Origin: Selaginella moellendorffii
Taxonomy: Eukaryota; Plantae; Lycopodiophyta
DNA length: 64,000 nucleotides
Reading direction: 5' to 3'
Assembly (NCBI RefSeq): GCF_000143415.4
Contig: NW_003314261.1
Coordinates: 5,831,510-5,895,509, forward strand
The translations under genes were made by a program, and so were the position numbers. Below are positions 39,839 to 54,174 of this stretch, piece by piece (within the stretch, counting starts at the first letter, position 1; each line of letters opens with the position of its first letter). The notes beneath the pieces were generated by a model. That model saw only the letters and a program-made list of their open reading frames with translations. It was not told the DNA's origin and did not search any database.

Positions 39839-40439
39839 CGGTAAAGAAAAAAAGTATCCAAATGCGATCAATGTCTCGTGCTTGAGAAACAATGGCAGAG
39901 AGAGAGAGAGAGAGATAAGGTAAGAACGAAATGAGGGAAAAGTTGCATGCATGCATTCAAGAGAACGTGTGTTTTAGGAAGATTTCTTAATTTAAATTCC
40001 TTACAGCCTTCGGAGACTTATCCCAGTAACAATCTCTTTATCATATCTCGACTTTTCTCGTAGAAAAGGTTTTTAACCATTTGAAAAGTTAATTGGGGCA
40101 TTGCCAAAGAGACCACTAGCCATTACATTCGCTCCATTAAGTCAAGCTTTGGTGATACAGCGATCAAGTCACTCACTACTCTCATCCACAGCGCTCCCTC
40201 TACCTAGTTGTTTTTGAAATAGAAACCACTTGATCAAGCTACCCAAACAATTCGCTGCAATGAAATCAGTAGGTAGAGGGTAAATCATCCAGAAAATCCA
40301 GCAGCAGCACGAGACTTGGACGCGACCATTCTCTTGCTTCGAAACAAAGTCAGCCTTTAAATATAAGTGTTCCCATCAAAAAGCCAAACAAGTCAAGATG
40401 GATCACTTTAGTTACAGTGGACAATGTAAACAAAGGGCC

Positions 40440-41287
40440 TTAAATCTTGGTGGTGATGTCTCGGCCGGGAACGCACACGGCGGGCGGGGCCAACTCGAGC
40501 CGGGGCGTATATGGCAGCATATTGGCCTTGAGCTTCCGGATCACGTCCAGCCCTACGTTGAGCGCAGTTGCAGCGGACCTGTCCGGGATCATCAAGAGAG
40601 CACCACCACTTGTCTACACACGCACGTCAGAAAAACGTTAAGAGAAAAGCCGAGATAATTTTTTTTGTTTACCAGAGTTCCTGGGTTTTGGCTGTTGAGA
40701 GCCGAGATGTAAAACGCAGGCTTGGTCCCGACGTTGATCTCAAAGTGCATCGTTCCCCGCGGGAATATCGTGATATCGCCCGGGTTCAAGAGGTTGATGC
40801 GTGGTACTCCTGGAAAATCACCCCATATGTTCTTTATAAGATCGAGAGAGAGAATCTTATTTTCCTACCAGCTGTATCCACGAATCCAACTTGAAGTGGC
40901 CCGCCAGAGATCATGGTGAGGAGCTCGGAAGCTCGAGGGTGCGTGTGTGGGAGATTGACTCCACAGGGAACCATGTTAAAGTGTACATAAGTTATCCCTT
41001 GAGACCTGCAAAGAAAACCAAGGAAAACCTCGATTGGGATCTCCAGAGGCAAAGAGTTAAGAAAAGTACGTGATTCCTGGGAACAGTGTCGTGTTGATTG
41101 CTGCGCGAACGCCACCGGGTCCATTGCTCACGACGCCATTCTTGAACACATCTCGCAGCACGAAATTGCTAAGAGCTCCCGACCCTTCGAAATCTCGCAG
41201 CGGGTCGGGGTCGGCAGCGCTCACAAACACATTCGCGGCGGCAGCGCCCAGGATCATTACCACCAGCATCAACTTCTTGGACTCCAT
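40440..41287 (-). CDS. Germin-like protein A, copy 4 (intact)
   Basis: All four exons are in frame, splice sites are intact and a TATA box is present. Confidence 0.9.
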
Positions 41288-43130
41288 CGCTCGAGATCTC
41301 AAAGGAAGATTGTTCTTCAGAAACTTCGATTCAGGAAGAGGGGCGAACGATGATAAGTCTAAGAGTGTGGGGTTTATATACTGTGGCAAGTCTCAAAGTC
41401 AGAGATTAAAAACTCTCCAAAAACACGCGTAGTCTCAATTGCCAAGCTGGTTACGTTTCTAAATCTTTTCTTTACGAAAAAAATTAAGGTAAAGCTATTT
41501 TGACCTGACCAAGTCTCACTCGCGTTCCAAATCCTGCATACATACTCACAAGTTCTTGCAAACCAATCCTTTGATTGTTTTAGATGGAAACTTCCACACA
41601 AAAAAACATGTCGTAGAGTTTTTGGTACATACAAGGGGACCTCACACTTGTGAGATATGGGAAATATTTTCTCCTTATTTTTGTTCGCTCGATGTGCTGT
41701 GTCTGTCATAATCTATAACTAGTGGAAGAATTATCGCGAAAGCAAAACAGAGAAGAAGAAAGCTACGCAAGAATCGGGCTGAACTCCTCCACGCAAACCT
41801 GGAGAGAAACTTTAGCTTTACCTTTTCCCCAGGATACACCGTCTTGGATGACGCACTTCTCTTGAGTTCCAGAACAATCAGATTTTTCTTACGACAAGGA
41901 GACGTTGGTGAATCAGTGAAAATTAGACCACAGATCAATCTCAGCTTAGCATCATCCAGCTTCTCCAGCGATGCGTCTTTCTTAGAAAATCCAATGACAC
42001 ATCACCCGGAGAAACTCCACGACGTCGGGCTTTGGAGAGCGCATCCGCCACACCCAAACAATTCTTAAAGTGGCCTTCCTTTCCGAATATTCTTGTAACG
42101 AGTTTTGCAATGGTTTTAACTCGTACCAGCGAATTGCTTGGAGATTTGTGCTGCCGGGTGGATAGAGGAGCTTGATCAGGTCACGCAACAGAATGGTTTC
42201 TATCGAGAAAATCCAGAAGCAGCTTTCGACTTGGTACTCTGAAAGTCGATACAAGCATTCTCTGTTTCCTTTACTTTCTTTAAATCCAGGTGATCACTCT
42301 GCAAAGTGTGTCGAGTTCCAGCTAGTTTTGGAGCCTACAAGAGGAAACGAGCAAGAAAACTGTTGCATAGAGTTCGCAGGAAAAGGATCGTTGGAGAATT
42401 TGATTTTCTCTTTCCAGCCATCTATGGTTGTAGAACACCGGGAAGTCTCCGTGAAGGTTTTGCTCTAAAGTGGAAGCAACTCAGGTAATATATAGTAAGA
42501 TCAAATAATTCTCGAAAATATTGTTGGTGGTGATTGTGGATCACCATCACCACCATTAATGATGGCGAAGAATGGCGGACCATGGAGGAGTGATGTAGGT
42601 TTAGTCCCATGCTCACACACATGATTATGACAGTGAAAAAGTGGTTCATTTATACGCTTCTTACATGGATTTTTTTTTCTTCTTTTTGCCTTCGTACAAT
42701 TACAGATTGCAAGCTGGCCTAAAATTTCCACGAATGATTTCATGTATCTAATCTCGAAATATGGTGTCAAAGTTGGTGTAAGCAACAAGGTTGATGGCTC
42801 CACCCATTCAGACTATTACATCGTGGAGGCAGCTAATACCCATTCAATCAAGGGAAAATCTATGGCTGGGAAATTTTTAATGCGTCTCCAAGACTGGGCC
42901 CAAGAACACATGACGTGAGCAAGCCCAATTTGAAAATCACCTGAATACTTTTTCTTTTCGAACTAAGAATTCAAGTACAAACTTTGTTTTCATAACAAAT
43001 TTGATTCTCAAATTTCAAGATTATGTTTGACTAAATCAGATTGTATCAGAGTAAATTTAAATTCAAAAGTCGACTTTTGAAAATTCATTCCTTGGAGGAA
43101 GGCCAAAACTTTGGGTAATTTGGTCAGAAT

Positions 43131-43414
43131 ATGAAGATGTACTTCAAGGCTAGCCTATATGCATTTCCATTAATCATGGTCATCATTGCATTTGCTGCCA
43201 AAAAGTGTGGGAGTAGTTACCATTATTATTACCTTTCCTTTACCAGGTTATGCTAGACTAGTTAATATAAAGGTTAGAAGATTGACTTTGATAAAAGTTC
43301 CAATTAAATTTTCATATTACCAAGTTATACAGATGAGGCCATTGTAACAACTCAAGACTGAGAATCATATGCTATGGCTAGCATTTTTATTACCACCTTT
43401 ATTATAATTGTCCA
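43131..43414 (+). pseudogene. MiAMP1-like peptide relic, unit 4
   Basis: Colinear with the 54232 gene; frameshifted. Confidence 0.8.
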
Positions 43415-44716
43415 AGAACTTTGTGATATTGATATTACATAAAGTTGTTGGCCACTCTAGACCAATATAGATTTATTTTTGCATATTACCTTTAGGACTT
43501 CTAAATAAGAAGAAATTATAAATTAAATAAATTTTGCAAAAATAATTCTACACTGGTGTTTAATATTTCTTTATTAAAATTTTATCACACCCCTTTTGAT
43601 CTCGTTCATATTCCACCACCACTTTTCCATAAGTCAGCACTAGTGAGTAGGAGTTTACAATACTTGATTTGAAATACTAGTATCACAAACTTTAGATATT
43701 TTATTAGTAATTGCTTCTTATCTGACTCATGCTTCTACGTTTCTTATTAATTTCCATCATTGAAACCTAATCCTACATCAATTTAATTGCCATTTGATGC
43801 TCAGCATCAAAAGGGATGATATTAAATATGTTTGCCATCTTTCTATATTTACATAGGATTACTAGTGTTTAGGGCACAAATTAAACCCTAAACCCCTGCT
43901 CATCTCTAGGATTAGTTAGTTTTTAAATCCAATTTTTTATTTTTATTGTTTTTAGTATTTTATTGGTAGTTTCATCTCCTCCTCTCAATGACGAGCTTGT
44001 GACATATGATATATAATTTTTATTATTACCTATATTCATTAAAATTAGTTATGCTAACTAAACTTTATTATAAAATTGTTTAAAATAAAAAATAAATTAT
44101 AATCAAAAGTAATCAAAGGAAGGTAAGGTAAGTAGAATCCAAAATGATAGCTGAAAATATTTTTATTTATACTCATTAGCAAAATTTTATATAAACGTAA
44201 AAATGCTTTCCAATTTACTAGATATAGAGAATTATTTTATTATATGATCTTTAACAAATTACTCATTTTTTATAAGAATTAAATATAGCATACAAAAAAT
44301 TTTAATATGTAAGTACTACCAATGCATACCTAACCTATCCACTTTTTTGGAACCTTTAGTTTATCAACTAGCTATTGATAAAAGGTCTAGCAATACTAAC
44401 CTTCTAGTATTATGGCAATAAAAAATGAATATTTAAAAAGACTTACCAATAAATAATTTTGGATACCCACAGTGACATTCAACAAGTAACTTTTGATATT
44501 TGATAAGTAACTTTTAATACTCATAATCACATTTGTGACACTTGAAATTAATATCAAATTTGACTCTACAAAAGTTCTCACCTTCATTGAAGACAATAAA
44601 GTGAAAGAAAGAGATTGATCACAGCAGGAACACCATTGTGCTCCCCTTTGTGCTAATTAGCATGATCTTTTTTTAAAAAAAAGGTAAATGTAAACAAAGA
44701 AGGAAAGCTTGGAACA

Positions 44717-45417
44717 TTAAATCTTGGTGGCAATGTCTCAGCCGAAAACACATACACTAGGCGGGGCCAACTCAAGCTGGGGTGTATATGGCAGCATATT
44801 GGCCTTTTGAGCTCCCTTATCATGTCCAGTTCTACGTTAAGTGCTGTCGCAGTGGACCTGTCCGGAATCATCAACAGAGCACAACCACTTGTCTGTTGAA
44901 ACAGATACACAAAATTATTAAGAAAAAAGAATAACGTAAATAACTTCAGAAAAAAGCAGATGCTTTTTTGTTTAGGAAAACCGTGAGATAGCCTGGGTAC
45001 AAGAGGTTGATGCGTGGTACTTCTGGAAAATCACGTAGTATTATGATCTTTACGAGATCAAGATCGAGAGATCGGTCTTATTTCCTACCGCCTGTATCAA
45101 GAAGCCAACTTGAAGTGGCCCACCGGAGACCATGGTCAGGAGCTCCGAAGCTCGAGGGTGCGTGTATGGGACATTGACTCCCCAAGGAACCATATGAATG
45201 TGGACACCTTGAGACCTTCATAGAAACAAACGAAAGAACAAGCCATGAGTTTTGAGAACTGAAAAAAGAATACGTGATTCCTGGGAAGATTGTCGTGTTG
45301 ATTGCAGCACGAACACCACCGGGTCTATTGCGAACATCCCCATTAACATCTCGTAGCACGAAATCGCTAAGAGCTCCCTACCTTGCGAAATCTCGCAGTG
45401 GATCGGGATCGGCAGTG
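44717..45417 (-). pseudogene. Germin-like paralog B, copy 5 (signal peptide deleted)
   Basis: The DPDPLRDF exon is fused directly to the (GA)n tract; exon 3 carries a deletion shared with copy 4. Confidence 0.8.
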
Positions 45418-45972
45418 AGGAGAGGGGAGAGAGAGAGAGAGAGAGAGATAAGGTAAGAACGAAATGAGGGAAAAGTTGCATGCATGCATTCAAGAGAACG
45501 TGTGTTTTAGGAAGATTTCTTAATTTAAATTCCTTACAGCCTTCGGAGACTTATCCCAGTAACAATCTCTTTATCATATCTCGACTTTTCTCGTAGAAAA
45601 GGTTTCTAACCATTTGAAAAGTTAATTGGGGCATTGCCAAAGAGACCACTAGCCATTACATTCGCTCCATTAAGTCAAGCTTTGGTGATACAGTGATCAA
45701 GTCACTCACTACTCTCATCCACAGCGCTCCCTCTACCTAGTGGTTTTTGAAATAGAAACCACTTGATCAAGCTACCGAAACAATTCGCTGCAATGAAATC
45801 AGTAGGTAGAGGGTAAATCATCCAGAAAATCCAGCAGCAGCACGAGACTTGGACGCGACCATTCTCTTGCTTCGAAACAAAGTCAGCCTTTAAATATAAG
45901 TGTTCCCATCAAAAAGCCAAACAAGTCAAGATGGATCACTTTAGTTACAGTGGACAATGTAAACAAAGGGCC

Positions 45973-46821
45973 TTAAATCTTGGTGGTGATGTCTCGGCCG
46001 GGAACGCACACGGCGGGCGGGGCCAACTCGAGCCGGGGCGTATATGGCAGCATATTGGCCTTGAGCTTCCGGATCACGTCCAGCCCTACGTTGAGCGCAG
46101 TTGCAGCGGACCTGTCCGGGATCATCAAGAGAGCACCACCACTTGTCTACACACACACATCAGAAAAACGTTAAGAGAAAAGCCGAGATAAGTTTTTTGT
46201 TTACCAGAGTTCCTGGGTTTTGGCTGTTGAGAGCCGAGATGTAAAACGCAGGCTTGATCCCGACGTTGATCTCAAAGTGCATCGTTCCCCGCGGGAATAT
46301 CGTGATATCGCCCGGGTTCAAGAGGTTGATGCGTGGTACTCCTGGAAAATCACCCCATATGTTCTTTATAAGATCGAGAGAGAGAGAATCTTATTTTCCT
46401 ACCAGCTGTATCCACGAATCCAACTTGAAGTGGCCCGCCAGAGATCATGGTGAGGAGCTCGGAAGCTCGAGGGTGCGTGTGTGGCAGATTGACTCCACAG
46501 GGAACCATGTTAAAGTGTACATAAGTTATCCCTTGAGATCTGCAAAGAAAACCAAGGAAAACCTCGATTGGGATCTCCAGAGGCAAAGAGTTAAGAAAAG
46601 CACGTGATTCCTGGGAACAGTGTCGTGTTGATCGCTGCGCGAACGCCACCGGGTCCATTGCTCACGACGCCATTCTTGAACACATCTCGCAGCACGAAAT
46701 TGCTAAGAGCTCCCGACCCCTCGAAATCTCGCAGCGGGTCGGGGTCGGCAGCGCTCACAAACACATTCGCGGCGGCAGCGCCCAGGATCATTACCACCAG
46801 CATCAACTTCTTGGACTCCAT
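45973..46821 (-). CDS. Germin-like protein A, copy 5 (intact)
   Basis: All four exons are in frame. The 5' UTR is more diverged than in the other copies. Confidence 0.9.
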
Positions 46822-48329
46822 CGCTCGAGATCAAGCCAAGGAAGATTATCTCGTCTCCTTGTTCTTCAGAAACTTCGACTCGGGAAGAGAACGAGAGGGG
46901 GCGAACGATGATAAATCTGCCAAGAGTGTGGGGTTTATATACTGTGGCAAGTCTCAACGTCAGAGATTAAAAACTCTCCAAAACACGCGTAGTCTCGATT
47001 GCCAAGCTGGTTACGTTTCTAAATCTTTTCTTTATGAAAAAATTTAAGGTAAAACTATTTTGACCTGACCAGGTCTCACTCACGTTCCAAATCGTAGATT
47101 TTACGAATGCATACATACTCACAAGTTCTTACAAACCAATCCTTTGATTGTTTTAGATGGAAACTTCGACAAGAAAAAACATGACGTAGAGTTTTTGGTA
47201 CATTCACACTTGTGAGATACGGGAAATATTTTCTCCATTTTTTGTTCGCTCAATGTGCTATGTCTGTCATAATCTATAACTAGTGGAAGAATTATCGCAA
47301 AAGAAAAACAGAGAAGAAGAAAGCTACGCAAGAATCGGGCACGTTACTGCTTACATCAGTGAAACTTAGTCAATCTCAGCTTAGCATCCCCAGCTTCTCC
47401 AGCGATGGAAAATCCAATGACACATCACCCGGAGAAACTCCACGACGTCTGACTTTGGAGAGCGCATCTGCCACACACAAACAATGATTCTTAAAGTGGT
47501 CTTCCCTTTCGAATATTCTTGTAACGAGTTTTGCAATGGTTTTAGCTCGTACCAGCAAATTGCTTGGAGATTTGTGCTGCCGGGTGGATAGAGGAGCTTG
47601 ATCAGGTCACGCAACAGACTGGTTTCTATCGAGAAAATCCAGCAGCAGCTTTCGACTTGGTACTCTGAAAGTCGATACAAGCATTCTCTGTTTCCTTTTC
47701 TTTCTTTAAATCCCAGGTGATCACTTTGCAAAGTGTGTCGAGTTCGTGCATCGTTTAGCTTAGTTGGAGGGAATCGATTCCATTTCTCCCAGCTAGTTTT
47801 GGAGCCTACAAGAGGAGGGTTCACTGGAAAAGGATCTCCGTGAACACCGTTGGAGAATTTGATTTTCTCTTTCCACCCATCTACGGTCGTAGAACACTGG
47901 GAAGTCTCCGTGAAGGTTTTGCTCTAACTCAGGTAATATAACTCTCGAAAATATTGTTGGTGGTGGGTGGTGATTGTGGGTCACCATTAATGATGGCGAA
48001 GAATGGCGGACCATGGGGGAGTTACGTAGGTTTAGTCCAATGCTCCTCAGTCGGACACACGTGATTATGTACGATTACAGATTGCAAGCTGGCCTAAATT
48101 TTCCACTTGCAGTCGTTATGAATGATTTCATGTATCTAATCGGTGTCATACGATCCATGTGTTGGTGTAACCAACAAGGTTGATGGCTCCACCCATTCAG
48201 ACTATTACATATTAATCAAAGGAAAATCTATGGTTGGGAAATTTTTAATGCGAATGGAAGTCACGAATGAAGGAGTGCAAAGAATGCCAATAGCAAGAGC
48301 TAAAGCCTCGTATAGAATGGATGAAGAAC

Positions 48330-48486
48330 AGCCATGGCTCAGGTACTATTCACGCTTGTAGTGCTTCTCCAAGACTGGGGGCCCATGCTCCCCCAAGAAC
48401 ACATGAGGCGAGTGAGGTCCCCCGATTTGAAGATCACCTGAATACTTTTTCTTTTCGTCTCTATGAATAGTACCTGAGCCATGGCT
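48330..48486. repeat. 23-bp perfect inverted repeat (unit 5 version of the hairpin)
   Basis: agccatggctcaggtactattca pairs with tgaatagtacctgagccatggct. Confidence 0.85.
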
Positions 48487-48724
48487 TGATCAATTACACA
48501 ACAATGTAACAATTTTACAACGTGCTGACAGGTACAATTGGATGCTATTTTTGTTGGTGAGGCATCTTGTTTTAAATCTTAAAGCCCAACTAAAGTACAA
48601 ACTTTGTTTTCATAACAAATTTGATTCTCAATTTTCAAGATTATGTTTGACTAAATCTGATTGTAGCAGATGGAGGAAGCCAGATGTAGCTATATATGGC
48701 CTTTAGGTAATTCGATTAACAAAT

Positions 48725-49008
48725 ATGAAGGTGTACTTCAAGGTTAGCCTATGTGCACTTCCATTCATCATGGTTGTCATTGCATTTGCTGCCAAAAGTG
48801 TAGGAGTAGTTACCACTGTTACTACCTTTACCAGGTTTGTTGGACTCTAGTACCAAACTCTAGTATTAGTAATTGGAGGTTACAAGATGAAAGTTCCATT
48901 TAAATTTTCATATTACCAAATTATATAGGTGAAACCATTGTAACAAATCAAGACTTAGAATTTGCTATGGGTAGCATTTCTAGTACCAGCTTTACTATAA
49001 ATTGTCCA
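48725..49008 (+). pseudogene. MiAMP1-like peptide relic, unit 5 (TATA retained)
   Basis: Intact signal peptide MKVYFKVSLCALPFIMVVIAFAAKSVG, then a frameshift and stop; upstream gctatatatggcc. Confidence 0.8.
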
Positions 49009-49569
49009 AGAACTGTGTGATATTTGATATTACATAAAGTTGTTAGCCACACTAAACCAATATACATTTGCATATTACCATGAGGAAATTGTAAATTATA
49101 TAAATTTTACAAAAATAATTCTAAATTGATATTTCATATTTCTTTATTAAAACTTTATCACACCACTCATATTCCACCACCACCACCTTCTCTAGAGGTC
49201 ATTACTAATGAATAGGAGTTTGATAATTAACTTAAAGTATAAACTTTAGGTATTTTCTAAGTGATTTTATTTGGATGTCTACTTTTTTATCTTACTCATG
49301 CTTCTAAGTTTACCATCTCTCTATATTTACTAAATAGTATAATCATTACTAGTGTTTAAAATACTAAACTTTTGCTCATGGGATTTGAACTCAAGACATG
49401 TTATGTACATGTCATTAGAAAGGTTTTGTAAAAATGTAAAAAGTATTTTCAAATTATTAGATATAGAGAATTATTTTGTTGTATGGGCTCTAACAAGTAA
49501 TTCATTTTTCATAAGAATTGAATGTAGCATACAACAAATCTCAATATGTCATAAATTAAGTACCAATAA

Positions 49570-49605
<36 letters not shown>
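49570..49605. repeat. (GT)n(AT)n microsatellite at the right edge of the array
   Basis: gtgtgt...atatat. Confidence 0.9.
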
Positions 49606-50219
49606 AATATAAAGAGTTTCAACCAGTTAAGAAAAAGTTAATAAGTTATTCAAGTCAAATCAAGGAAAATTATTATAAAGTTAAAATAAAAGCATTAAAT
49701 TTTATTAGATGTATTATCAACTATATTTTAAAATATATTAATTTTTTAAGTAAAAAACTATTTTTCAATCTTAAAGATATTTTTAATCATTATTATACCA
49801 AATTTAATCCTATTATGTTAGCTAAATACCAAACCTATTTACTTTGTAATATAAATAATTTCTGTAAATATTTTAAAAAGAAACATGTTCATGAAAGAAA
49901 AATTATACTGACATACAATCAGAGAAAAAAGCTAACTCCATACCATGATAAGTAAAATTTTTAGGTTTATAAATTTAATAGTATCTTTATTAATGTGCTG
50001 ATGAATATGTCAATTATGATATCTTCATTAGTGCCGAATTTAATTTCTTATGCTCTTTTGCTTTCAACAGCTTTTTAAGGTAGTATTATTTTTTTCTTTT
50101 ACAAAAACAGAATTTTAGTTAGTCAAAGAATAAAAGATTTAAAATGTTTTTTTAATAATAATAAAAAAAAAGATTGACCATGAGCTCTTATATGGCTAAG
50201 GTTATTTGAATAACCTTTG

Positions 50220-52926
50220 TTCCATGGACCATGGAAGAGCTTAAGGTGGCCAAGCCAACCTTAACCTCAGGCACTTTAATGGTCTTTTTGCAAGCCCAAA
50301 TAAAAGCACCTTTTTCATTGGTAGATGGAATTCTTTACTATAATAGTTATGTATATTTGCCACAAATGGATGTGTTAATTATTCAAGTTTTATTTCATTA
50401 TCATAATTGTCTAAAGGCTAGTCATTTTGGGGGAAAGAAGACATATGAGTTGATTAAGTGCAATTTTTATTGGAGGAATATGAAAGTTAATATCCTTGAG
50501 TATTCTAAATCATGCAAGCTCTATTAGCAAATAAAGGTGCTATGGGAGAAGCTAGGAGGACTTTTGCAACCTTTATCTATTCCTTAGAGATGTTAGTGTA
50601 AATATGGGTTATAGTGAATTGTTTGACGAAGTATATGTGGTTGTTGACTCTTCAAAAGACAATCACTATCATTAATGATCGAGATTCAAAGTTCACTAGT
50701 GGATTTTGGAAGAGCTTTATAAAGGCTATGCTAGTGATTTTGAAACTCTTAAGTGGAGATCATCCTTAGACAGATGGGCAAACTGAGCATATGAATCATA
50801 TAGTGGAGGATATACTATGTTGTAGCATTAGTCAAAGGTAAAGATAATGGGATTTATATTTTCTATTAGTGTAATTTGCTTACAATAATAGCCAACAAAG
50901 TGGAACTAAGCTGAGTCCTTACTTTGCCATTTTGGAAGGCATCCCCGAACAGTGGTGGAGTTGCAATTGCATTTGAGTAAGGATGTTCAAAATAAATTTG
51001 ATTTCAAGGCAACTAATCTGGCTATAGAACTTGATGAGATTTTGATGGTGTGCAAACAAATTTGCAAGCAATTAAAAATAGAGTGGAGAAGTTTGCTAAT
51101 GAGCATCATCAATTTCAGGAATATAAGGTGGGTAAGCTTGTCTTTATATGAGTGATCTTTCTCTTAAGTGATAAAACACTTTTGTGTTTTTATAGAATAG
51201 GAAGAGTGATAAACTTTCTCATTAATATGCTAGTTCATATGAAGTGCTAGAGTGCATTAGTAAGGCAGCTTATCAGGTGTGGCTGTTAGTTGGGGTGAAA
51301 ATTTATTTAATATTTTATGTCAGCTAGTTGAAAGGTATACTATCTCGAAGTGAAGGGCCCAATGCCTCCTTGATGTATATGGTTATGAAAGATGGACTAG
51401 AAGCTTGAGCAAGGTTCCTTAAAAAAGGTGATCACCAGTACAACTCATCCTTAGGACAAAGACTTTGTTAGGGGGTAAGAATTGTTATGTGCCAGCTTTG
51501 ACCATATGGTCAACATTGGTCAAAGGGAACTCAAAAACATATTAAGATAAGGAATTTAACCTACCCTAGAGCTCACAGTGGAGCAATGGCATAGAGGAGC
51601 TTTTGAGGTAGTTCAAGGGTGGTTGAATGGTGGAAACTTTAAAAGGTGGTGTAGAGTAGTTTAAAGAGATTAAATCTTTATCTTTTTGTGTTAGATCATA
51701 ATATATGCTTTCACCCCACATCTGGCATTTCGCTTCGGATATATTAAGCCTTGAATATATCAACATTTTGGACATTTGGTTTTTTAATGAGACAAGATAT
51801 TCCACTTTGAGTGTCCATCACTTTACACTTTGCATTTGTTCTTCAAGTGCTTCTTTGAGAGTTCTACTCTCACTTTTGACTTTGCAAATTAAAACTTTTG
51901 GTCCAAACATGTTATATTCATTAAACTTTTGTTTTGATGAAACATAAATGTACATTCCCTATGTCTAATAGGGACTAAACAACATTATCAAAAACACATT
52001 CTCACAAAATGTTGCTAGCGAAACTACAAGTACAAATGTATGCTCTTAAATTTAGACTTTTTGAGATGTCATCTAACTCAATACTATTTAAACCCAAAGA
52101 AACTTAACCCTAAATATCCCAAAACTTTTACTCTTAAGTTGTTTTCTTTAGTTGCTTATAATAAATTCATGGCATTATTTTTGGGTAATTTGCCTCCAAG
52201 ATAACTCTACCACAAGACTTCAAGCCATATGCTATACTCCATAGCACATAAACTTTGCCATAGTGCGCTCCACCTCCAATATGCCACCTAATCGTGATAT
52301 AACTCTAATTCATAGGTTTAAGCAAGGTGTGAATGTGCTCTAGCTCAAGGCTAGAGCATGTTACCTTGCTTCCCATGTGAGATAAGTGCATTGGCTCATC
52401 TTTAAAAAAGTCTTAGCTTTGCTATAAAGACTAAAGAAGTACTACAAACCTCCTCTCAAATTAGAGATCTCTTAACATGTAACACTTACTTACCTTCATA
52501 TGCTAGTGGCTCTAATCATGGTAGCAATCCCTACCAATAGCTCCAAACTCAACCCCTCCAAATCCCACAAAATCAATTTAAAACCAACACCAAGCATGGT
52601 TTTCCACAAAACCTAGCACATTAGCAACCCTAAATTGTGCTTTGTAAGCACTATAGTGAAACCCTAGCTAAGATGAGTTAGATCTCACTAAAATGGATGA
52701 AATTTAGGCTAGGAACTTCCTTTCAAGTCACTAGCAGTTTATTGGACACTCCCAAGTCTTGTCATATCTTGTCAAAGTGCTGAAATTGAAGATTCACTCA
52801 CCTCCAAGAACCTTAGCTATGCCACAATGTAGGGTCACTAAGATTTTGTAGATCTCGGATTAGAATGTCATACCATGGAACTTCAGCCACTACCACATGG
52901 CACAACTTAGGGTTTTGTGTGTTACA
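50220..52926 (+). mobile_element. Degenerate Gypsy 3' end (integrase relic + probable 3' LTR from 51483)
   Basis: FSLVDGILY..YH...ASHFGGKKT..FYW, INDRDSKFTSGFW, GDHP*TDGQTE, FAYNN; purine tract GGGGGTAAGAAT followed by TGTTA. The right end is uncertain. Confidence 0.75.
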
Positions 52927-54174
52927 ATTATTTTAAAACTAACTCATTAAATGACTTAATCTAATCATTTAAATTTAACCACACAAATTGCATATAATCA
53001 TTAGGGTTCAATTGTACAGTTTTAAGGTCAACCCCCAAACATGTATAGCCTATTTTTTTAAGTTTATTTCTTTTGGAATTTATTACTAGGTTGGAAGTTA
53101 TGACAAAGGCACATTCTTCTTGGGTGCTCGCCACTTAAATATACATATGTCATTTAAATCTTTGATTTGATGGGTTAATTAGATTGATTGTGAGATTTCA
53201 TGCTCGGTGACTAGATGTTTTGAGATTAGGACAATTGTAAAGGACCTAATTATGTTTATGAACATAAAAAAGTTCCAAAATTATGTTATTCTGTTTATTC
53301 TTTCTCTTTTTTATACTTTTCATTATTTTTGAAAAGCTCTTGGTTTTTCTTTTTCTGGAATAACTTAGGTACACACTTTCATTTGCTCTCTAGATATAAA
53401 TAGTGATTACATATTATTTTTACATTACTGTATAATTTGATGTTTATTATATTACTTTACTTTAAAAGTTTGTAAGTCAATTTTAAGGGCACAACTTTAC
53501 AGAAACTTCTATATGGCAGGAGATGGCTATAATGCTTAAAATGTCACTCTCCAACAGTATTGATAGAGACTTTTTTACTCTAAAGCCTACACAAAAGTTT
53601 TCAAGTTTATCTAGTTATCATATATTTTATTTAACTTTCAAAATATTACCAAGTTAGTCAAATGTTGCTACTGGAATTTCTAGATAGCGATAAATCTCTT
53701 ATATGATCATGATCAAGCTTCTCTATTTACAAACTCTAAACAATAATAAACAATCAAATCTCAGAGTATTATTTTTGGTATACCAAAATGTGTCTTTGTT
53801 GTAAAAACATTGTTGTAGCTAACAAGGTTGGTGACACACTATCCTTCTAACCATGATATCATGACCAATAATTTATGATATACTACAACAACTATATACT
53901 ATTACCCATTTATGAAAGGCTAAAAAGATCCAGGTATAATTAAATACGTATATAGGCTATTTTTGTTGGTGAGGGTCTCAAGAGTTTATCCATTATTTGG
54001 TATATGCTAGATAAATCTATTTAAGATTATGTTGACTTGTTTGTTTATCTTACGTAGATAAATCTGATTCTATCAAAGTATATTTAATAAATTCAAAATG
54101 ATGTAGACAAATAAGTCACAAACAACTTTTGACAATTCATTCCACAAGTTGTATGTAGGAAGTCAGAGTTTAGC

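Larger units (their letters stand above)
17030..49570. repeat. Five-unit tandem array of a ~5.0-5.7 kb cassette (GLP-B pseudogene, GLP-A, F-box-like relic, MiAMP1 relic, AT-rich spacer)
   Basis: The same blocks recur with approximate unit starts at 17030, 28050, 33790, 38970 and 44560 (anchor gttctcaccttcattga). Unit 1 is lengthened by ~5.3 kb of TE insertions. Confidence 0.95.
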
